Shown here: in pieces, positions 29,520 through 35,672 of the stretch
Layout: each line of letters starts with the position of its first letter
Numbering within the stretch: position 1 is the stretch's first letter
Position numbers and translations under genes: made by a program
The notes under the pieces: generated by a model
What the model was told of the DNA's origin: nothing
What the model saw: the letters and a program-made list of their open reading frames with translations, nothing else
The model's database searches: none
Source of the DNA: Trichomonas gallinae
Lineage: Eukaryota
Direction of reading: 5' to 3'
Assembly (NCBI GenBank): GCA_008369845.1
Contig: MRSU01007186.1
Coordinates: 62,001 to 97,672, forward strand
DNA: 35,672 nucleotides

Positions 29520-32500
29520 TTATTCCTCTTTTGTGGCTCCTGTTGACTTATTTTTTTCATCGAGATATTGTTGACGAATTTCGCGAACATTTTTAGCAAG
29601 AAGTGCTGTGCTTGATTCAGCGAATGATCTGAATGTTCTTTCAGCTGTTTGAAGTTTTTCGGTTTCAATTCCAAGTTGATTGTCTTTTTCATCAATCAAT
29701 TTTCTCATTTTTGAGACTTCTTTTGATAAAAGAAGATTTGCTTTAAGGCTTTCATCGTATTTAGCTGTTAACTCAGCAGATCCCATTGCATTCTGAACTA
29801 AACTGATTAATTTCGTTGAAGACTTCATAATGACATCAACCATGTTGATAATAAGACCATGCACATCGCTTTCAACTTCATGTGGTAGAATATAATTCGT
29901 CTCGTTTGAGAGCTCTTGAGTATAATTATATAAGTTTTCACAGTTCTGTGCTAAGTCTTCATTCTTCTGTGATTCAGACAAACACTTGAGCATATCACCC
30001 AGATGTTTGACAATTCCTTGACTAACTTCATTAGTTTTGTTTCTCTTCAAAACCATTTCTCTTAAAACGTCAATAAACTGATTTCTGTTTGTATTCTGCG
30101 ACAAAAGGTCCTTAATCTTCTCGAAAACAATTGATGTTCCGTCGATATTCGCTCCAATGATTTCATCAATCTTCGGTAAAGCTATTTGCAGCATTTCATC
30201 AACTGATTTTCCATCGAATGTTGATCCTTTCTTTCCTGTTATCCTTATCAAGACTTCTCTCAGTCCATTTATTGATTCCATTACATCGAGTTTCGTTTGC
30301 GACTCTGCATCAGCTGTTTTCCTGTGTCTATGCCTGGTAACAGTCTTTTGTTGTCTGTTAAGAAGATCTTCGATTATCCTTAGAAGTTCATCAATATTCT
30401 CGCTTCCATCGAGCTCAGCCAAATCTCCAATTATCTCGATTAGTCTTTTCTTGATTTTCACTATGAGATTATAGTTGTACGTGTCGTACAGATTGATGAG
30501 GGCCTTTAGGAGACCGACATCGTCGAGATTGCGAATTTTATCTCGATGTCCACCGAGTTTGGTGAACTTTTCTTCAAGAATAAGCCGGAAAACATTGGAA
30601 TTATTTAATACTTCGCCGATGTTTTGTGCTACGCTACTGACGACGTCGGCGTCATCAGAACAGCAGCGTGTCTCTGGGAAGTCCTTTGCTAGGTTCGCAA
30701 CTGAGTCGTGCGTGCGCTGTGAAGCTTTCCGCAGCTCATTTAGTTCTGAAATTAATTTGATTGAAAGCGACAGCGCGTTTTTGTCGTTGGAATCTGGGAG
30801 GGCCGCATTCATTGCGCTGATTGAATCAGTTCTGTCCTTTGATCTTTTGGAAATTTCGTCGACAAGTTCGATATTTGATAATTTGGAAGCAATATTTCTC
30901 AAATTATCTGGAGACTCTGGCGTTGGATTACCATCGACATAACAATCAATCAATTTCTTTCTAAGGGCCAGAATGTCACTGCTTTTCTCATGAATATCTC
31001 GAATTAAATCATCATCGTCGAGATCGCAATCCGAGTCAGAATCTTTGTTATTCAGGCTGTTATGGATATCAACAAGCTGTTTATGATAAGTTTTAACTCT
31101 CGGTAACTTATCGGAAAGAGATTTGATTAAACTAACCAAAGGAATGCCCTTTCCTGGATCAGAACTAAACAATTTCCTGATTTCTTCGCCAAGTTCTTCA
31201 ACAATTTCTTCAATCAAATTCGCAATTTCTAGATTTGATTTGTCTTGAACTGCAGACTTTGATCCTCCTAGAAGCTTGTAGATAGATATAAGTTTTTCAC
31301 GCAGAGCATCTTTGTTTTTAACGAGATCGAAAATTTCATCGAAAATATCTGACAATTTTCCATTTTTGAGATCGAAATCCTTTCTTGTTATCTCTTTGTA
31401 GGCATCACATAGATTCCTCTTTGCGTAATCAGCCTTGTTTGAAAAATCATCGAGCTTATCGAGAAGATCAGCTGTTGGCTTGTCTTTAACTTCAGATTCA
31501 TCAAACCAGCCTTTAAGCATGCCTTGGATCCTGCTTTGAGCCTTTTTAGCTTCATCAAGTTTTTGATCAACAAAATCTAACATTTCTTTAGGTGATTCAT
31601 CTTTATCACCATCTGCTTTTTGATATGTTGACTTGACTCTATCACGCAAATCATCCATTGTTGAACATTTATCCTTCAAAGCTTGAATTTCAGAATCTAA
31701 TTTATCATAGAGTTCTTTATCATCGAGTTTATCAGCTTCATCATTCTTGTTATCAATATCTTTGAGTGCCTTACATAGCTGATTCTTGCGTTTCTCAGAT
31801 TGATTTAATCTTGATTTTAGATCTTCAATAATTTCTTCATCTGTCATTTCTTCTATCTTCTCTGGCTCACTAGAATGCTCTTTAACAACTCCATTTACCT
31901 TTTGCCTGAAGCTATTCTGAATATGATTAAAAATATCATCAACAAGTTCATCATTTGACATACTTCTTGGTCTATCTTTATTTCCATCATTCTGATGTAA
32001 AATTAAACCAATCTGAACAAGCTTATCACGAATTGAATTTGCTTTTCTATATTTTGTTGCAAGATCTGCACTTTCTATTTCGATTTGGCCGATTGTCTTA
32101 AATATTTTATCCTGGGGAGACATTTCTGGTGTTGTGACATCTTTCCTAGCTAAAGGTCTTAGTCTTGAATAAATTAAATTCAAAACATCTTGAATTCTCT
32201 CTGAGTTCTCTGTGTTATATTTGCTTTGTTGCTTCATTTTTGCGATAGTGATCAAAGCTTGATCAAGTTTATCCTTAGTTTTTCCAAGTTCGCATTCTAA
32301 TGTGTAAGCGGTGATTTTATCGCCAGAAACAAGAGGCTGCCTAGTCTTAATTTCAGGTGTTTTAGGTGGTGAGCGATGCTTTTTCTGAAGTTCTTCAACA
32401 GATTTTTGTTTTTGCAGTGTTGAGAAATAAAGATTGAATTCTGTTGTTAAATCAGCAATTGAAGTGTCTAAAAATCTTATCCTCTCATTGAAAAGAGGTG

Positions 32501-33236
32501 CATTATTCATCGCCTGTATCATCAACAAGAAATGCGCATTGTATTTTTCGATGAAGATGCTTGTGATGAGTTTGGCTGTTCTTGAATTACTAACTGATGG
32601 AAGTAGTGTTGATGACAATGTGGTACTTAGTCTTTTAAGTTGTTCAATCGTGTGATTTACAACTTTTTGTGGAATAAACTCAAAATCAAGTGGAGTCATC
32701 AGCCTGGTGAATTGTGAGTACAATTGCTTAAAATCTGTGTTGAAAAGTTGTAAAAATGGACGAATTGAATTCTGATACATCGGCTCGTTGTGAATTCTGT
32801 CTTTGTAATCATAAATTTCTGCATGTACATCTTTAATGTATTGTCCTACATGCGATGCAAATATGTTTTGTCGGCGAAGTTTAATGTCCGTTAAAGCAAT
32901 ATTAAGGGCATCTTGCAAAATTTTGATATTTTGCTTCATGATTATCGCTCCATCTGAGTTTCCAAGTAAAAAATCTTTGTCTTCCTGCATCTTTTTCATA
33001 GATGCTTCGATAATTTCAGTAACTCCTTTCTGAAATTTATCATGCGCTTCGTAGAAAGGTTTAAATTCAGGAAATGTAGCAACTTTTTGAAGATTTTCGA
33101 CTTGAAATGCAATATTACTCAATTGTTTTAAAATTTTTTCTTCGTTAGATTTTCTCTTGAGCTTTTTAATCTCAGTGCGCGGAAAATTAGTATAAGTTGT
33201 AATCTTCTGCGGTGTAAAAAGCTCAGGGTTATCCAT
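29520..33236 (-). CDS. Large helical/coiled-coil protein with internal degenerate repeats (1238 aa)
   Basis: Long ORF, D/E/K/L-rich, with repeated L.....Y..L.G....(S/D)..EL...I units and a C-terminal coiled coil. Confidence 0.85.
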   Translation of the reverse strand: MDNPELFTPQKITTYTNFPRTEIKKLKRKSNEEKILKQLSNIAFQVENLQKVATFPEFKPFYEAHDKFQKGVTEIIEASMKKMQEDKDFLLGNSDGAIIMKQNIKILQDALNIALTDIKLRRQNIFASHVGQYIKDVHAEIYDYKDRIHNEPMYQNSIRPFLQLFNTDFKQLYSQFTRLMTPLDFEFIPQKVVNHTIEQLKRLSTTLSSTLLPSVSNSRTAKLITSIFIEKYNAHFLLMIQAMNNAPLFNERIRFLDTSIADLTTEFNLYFSTLQKQKSVEELQKKHRSPPKTPEIKTRQPLVSGDKITAYTLECELGKTKDKLDQALITIAKMKQQSKYNTENSERIQDVLNLIYSRLRPLARKDVTTPEMSPQDKIFKTIGQIEIESADLATKYRKANSIRDKLVQIGLILHQNDGNKDRPRSMSNDELVDDIFNHIQNSFRQKVNGVVKEHSSEPEKIEEMTDEEIIEDLKSRLNQSEKRKNQLCKALKDIDNKNDEADKLDDKELYDKLDSEIQALKDKCSTMDDLRDRVKSTYQKADGDKDESPKEMLDFVDQKLDEAKKAQSRIQGMLKGWFDESEVKDKPTADLLDKLDDFSNKADYAKRNLCDAYKEITRKDFDLKNGKLSDIFDEIFDLVKNKDALREKLISIYKLLGGSKSAVQDKSNLEIANLIEEIVEELGEEIRKLFSSDPGKGIPLVSLIKSLSDKLPRVKTYHKQLVDIHNSLNNKDSDSDCDLDDDDLIRDIHEKSSDILALRKKLIDCYVDGNPTPESPDNLRNIASKLSNIELVDEISKRSKDRTDSISAMNAALPDSNDKNALSLSIKLISELNELRKASQRTHDSVANLAKDFPETRCCSDDADVVSSVAQNIGEVLNNSNVFRLILEEKFTKLGGHRDKIRNLDDVGLLKALINLYDTYNYNLIVKIKKRLIEIIGDLAELDGSENIDELLRIIEDLLNRQQKTVTRHRHRKTADAESQTKLDVMESINGLREVLIRITGKKGSTFDGKSVDEMLQIALPKIDEIIGANIDGTSIVFEKIKDLLSQNTNRNQFIDVLREMVLKRNKTNEVSQGIVKHLGDMLKCLSESQKNEDLAQNCENLYNYTQELSNETNYILPHEVESDVHGLIINMVDVIMKSSTKLISLVQNAMGSAELTAKYDESLKANLLLSKEVSKMRKLIDEKDNQLGIETEKLQTAERTFRSFAESSTALLAKNVREIRQQYLDEKNKSTGATKEE

Positions 33237-33282
33237 CCAATTTTATAAAAAAATCAAGTTCAAAATTTATGTCAGTTTTCTT

Positions 33283-33401
33283 TATTTACACGACGAATTT
33301 TATAATTACATGACAAGATTATTCGTTTACATGACATAATTAATATAATTTATCTATTTACACGACAAATTTTATAATTAACATGATAATTTAATCATGA
33401 T
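33283..33401. repeat. TTTACAYGAC motif array and 72-bp duplication in a 160-bp divergent promoter
   Basis: Motif copies at 33285, 33305, 33326, 33357 and 33378. The segment at 33283 (tatttacacgacgaattttataattacatgacaa) is duplicated at 33355 (tatttacacgacaaattttataattaacatgataa). Confidence 0.8.
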
Positions 33402-35550
33402 ATGGCTGAGTGGCATATTATTGGCTAATAATACGTATAATAATATACCATTCTATTTAGTTAACAAAGGAGACAATAACGGTGTTGCTGGAGAAGATGT
33501 TAACTTTAGTAACTTAATTGGCTCAAAATTTGATGGTAGAGGAGTTAGTATACGTGTTAATGATAATGGAATCAAGGAATCGCATAACTGTTACAAAAAT
33601 CAACTTGATCATGAACTAATGTATGATTTTGGAACTGATATTAGAACAGCACAACCTAAATTTGCATTTTATGATATTCATGGAACATCAGTTCTTGGTT
33701 TGATGGCTAGTGATAGATCATCAGAATGCCCATTCGGAATTTCTCCAAAATCAAATTATTCGGCAACAATTATTTTGTATGATGGACTTAGAGTAGGAGA
33801 TATAAATACTATGTTCATCAAAGATATAGATAAAATAGATATACAAGTGAATGCATGGACTATTGAAGCTTGTGAATATGGAAAATGCAATTCAATGCAG
33901 AAATTCCAGTCTCTTATTGATGCCATTTCAGAAACACAAAAAAGAAGAAATAAAAAGGGCCAAATCTTATTGTTTAGTGCTGGAAATTCATATGAATATT
34001 TATGCGATACAAATTTCCAAGTTTTTTCGATGTCAAAAGATGCATTTATGATAGGATCAACAACCAACAGAGGAGATCATGCATTCTATTCATGCAGAGG
34101 ATCATCATTGATTGCTAATACACCTTCATCAGCAACTTCATCAATTCATCTTCCAGAAATTCCAAAACTTTTATCGACATCAAATCTCTCTCCTTATTCT
34201 TTATCAACAAAATTTGGAGGGACTTCAGCATCATCGCCGATGGCAGCAGGAATCATAGCATTAGCTTTGCAAGCGAATGAAAATTTAACTTCAAGAGATG
34301 TCCAGTTTTTAATCGCATTATCATCAACAAAAAACGACCCTCATCATTTTTCTTGGAAAACTAATTCAAAGAATATTTCATATTCATCTTTCTATGGATA
34401 TGGAAGACTAAATGCTGGACTAATGATTGATATGGCACAGAAATGGAATATAGTTTTACCAAAACAAAATTTTGTTGAAAACTCATCGTCAGGAAACTTC
34501 CATGATGGATTTTGTGAATTTTCGATTTATATTGATGTGAGCTTACAAATAGAAGTCGTTTGTATTGACATTAGTCTAGACACATCTGACTACTCTAATA
34601 TTTTAATAGATATCGAAAGCCCAAGCAAAACTTTTTCGAATCTAAAAACAGCAGCAATGATAAATGAATATTCATGGAGATACAATCGTTCATTTGTATC
34701 CAGAAACTTTTTCTTAGAAGATTCTAAAGGCGAATGGACAATAAGAATGAAAGCACCTAAAGATTCAGATACAAATTCTTTTGTTAACGCAACAATCAAA
34801 ATATATGGAATCAAAGAAAAAATAGAAATTCCACAAAAACAAAGTTTATTAGGAAAAAATCCACTTAAAGAATACAAAGAAGCTGATTTGATAGTTGAAG
34901 CACCTTACATTCTTATTGCTGGTAAAAGCACAAAGATCAAGATCAAAAATAATTTCTCAAAGACAACATTATTTAGATTTTTTATCGCAGACAAAGAAAT
35001 GCATCATCAGTTATTAATAGGCATGGAAAATTTTACTGTAGGATTTCATTCTTTTTCATTTTTCACGCCAACAGCTTTCATGGATAAGTTTGAGTGTTTA
35101 TTGGTTGTTAATATATATGAATTTAATTCTCAGCAAGCTCATAGCATAATAATACACCATGACAATGGGAAAAATGAAATTATTGAAAGTTACAACTATT
35201 TTAGATTAATTTATCATATATACAAAAATAATTTATGTTATTCTAATGAAATTCTGTGCTCAATATATTATAAGAACGGACTGGTTAATCATTCTGTTAT
35301 TCCAAACACAGGTTATGTCGAAATCAAAAAATCAAATTTAGAAATCGAAAAAATAATTTTGATAGAAGTAGAAAGTACTGATATTCGCTCAATAGACTTT
35401 ATGATATTTGATAATATGTATTACAAAAAGTCATTTTTGGTTTTAATTATTCAAATAATTGTAATTTCAATTATTATTGTTTATTTTGTTGTCTATTTCA
35501 CCAAAAAAGGGAAAATGCATTATAGTGATGAAATGCCATTAATGAACTAA
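33397..35550 (+). CDS. Subtilisin-like (S8, kexin/furin-type) serine protease with P-domain and C-terminal TM anchor
   Basis: Catalytic D (VNDNG), H (HGTSVLG), oxyanion N (SAGNS) and S (FGGTSASSPMAAG). Also LTSRDVQ, YGYGRLNAG, a P-domain (IESPSKT...EDSKGEWTI) and a C-terminal hydrophobic helix. Confidence 0.92.
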   Translation: MIWLSGILLANNTYNNIPFYLVNKGDNNGVAGEDVNFSNLIGSKFDGRGVSIRVNDNGIKESHNCYKNQLDHELMYDFGTDIRTAQPKFAFYDIHGTSVLGLMASDRSSECPFGISPKSNYSATIILYDGLRVGDINTMFIKDIDKIDIQVNAWTIEACEYGKCNSMQKFQSLIDAISETQKRRNKKGQILLFSAGNSYEYLCDTNFQVFSMSKDAFMIGSTTNRGDHAFYSCRGSSLIANTPSSATSSIHLPEIPKLLSTSNLSPYSLSTKFGGTSASSPMAAGIIALALQANENLTSRDVQFLIALSSTKNDPHHFSWKTNSKNISYSSFYGYGRLNAGLMIDMAQKWNIVLPKQNFVENSSSGNFHDGFCEFSIYIDVSLQIEVVCIDISLDTSDYSNILIDIESPSKTFSNLKTAAMINEYSWRYNRSFVSRNFFLEDSKGEWTIRMKAPKDSDTNSFVNATIKIYGIKEKIEIPQKQSLLGKNPLKEYKEADLIVEAPYILIAGKSTKIKIKNNFSKTTLFRFFIADKEMHHQLLIGMENFTVGFHSFSFFTPTAFMDKFECLLVVNIYEFNSQQAHSIIIHHDNGKNEIIESYNYFRLIYHIYKNNLCYSNEILCSIYYKNGLVNHSVIPNTGYVEIKKSNLEIEKIILIEVESTDIRSIDFMIFDNMYYKKSFLVLIIQIIVISIIIVYFVVYFTKKGKMHYSDEMPLMN

Positions 35551-35593
35551 TGCTGATATATCTGACAATTTTGTTTGTTTTATATGACTTTAT

Positions 35594-35672
35594 CTACCAG
35601 CAGGTTCTAAGAGCTATTTGCATAGTTTTAGAGACACCTAAGTTGATGTATCCAGAGATCATAGAGGTAGCA
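35594..35672 (-). CDS. Possible 3' end of a gene entering from the right edge
   Basis: GC rises after 35590. One minus-strand frame reads ATSMISGYINLGVSKTMQIALRTCW* followed by ATAAA. A second frame (CYLYDLWIHQLRCL*) is also open, so the frame is uncertain. Confidence 0.4.
   Translation of the reverse strand, partial: ATSMISGYINLGVSKTMQIALRTCW

Noticed and set aside
33283..33401. CRISPR-like interpretation of the repeat-spacer pattern
   Set aside because: The repeats are only about 10 bp, one spacer is itself duplicated, there are no cas genes, and the context is eukaryotic.
1552..35550. Apparent cluster of secretory-pathway genes (Rab, DHHC, HEATR5-like, GT61-like, kexin)
   Set aside because: They are interspersed with unrelated genes in mixed orientation, and most belong to large families, so co-location is plausibly chance.

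Overview
Eukaryotic, gene-dense genomic DNA with no introns evident and short, very AT-rich intergenic regions. The gene families and promoter motifs point to a parabasalid, probably Trichomonas or a close relative; this is inferred from content, not verified. There are 12 complete CDS: a Rab GTPase, a large coiled-coil protein, an R2R3 Myb factor, a DHHC palmitoyltransferase, a multi-TM PAS adenylyl cyclase, an HCD-type Ser/Thr kinase, a HEATR5/Laa1-like HEAT protein, an IQCH-like protein, an ankyrin protein, a GT61-like glycosyltransferase, a long helical-repeat protein and a kexin-like S8 protease. A partial CDS sits at the left edge and possibly another at the right edge, and there is an eroded ankyrin pseudogene. 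No rRNA, tRNA, CRISPR array or intact mobile element was seen. The most unusual signals are non-coding. Three promoters appear built by local tandem duplication (periods of 102, about 120 and 72 bp), and a 160-bp divergent promoter carries a helically phased TTTACAYGAC array. At protein level, the highlights are a divergent HEATR5 ortholog, a kexin apparently lacking a prodomain, and an unrecognised helix-loop-helix repeat protein. I found no single clearly novel multi-gene system.
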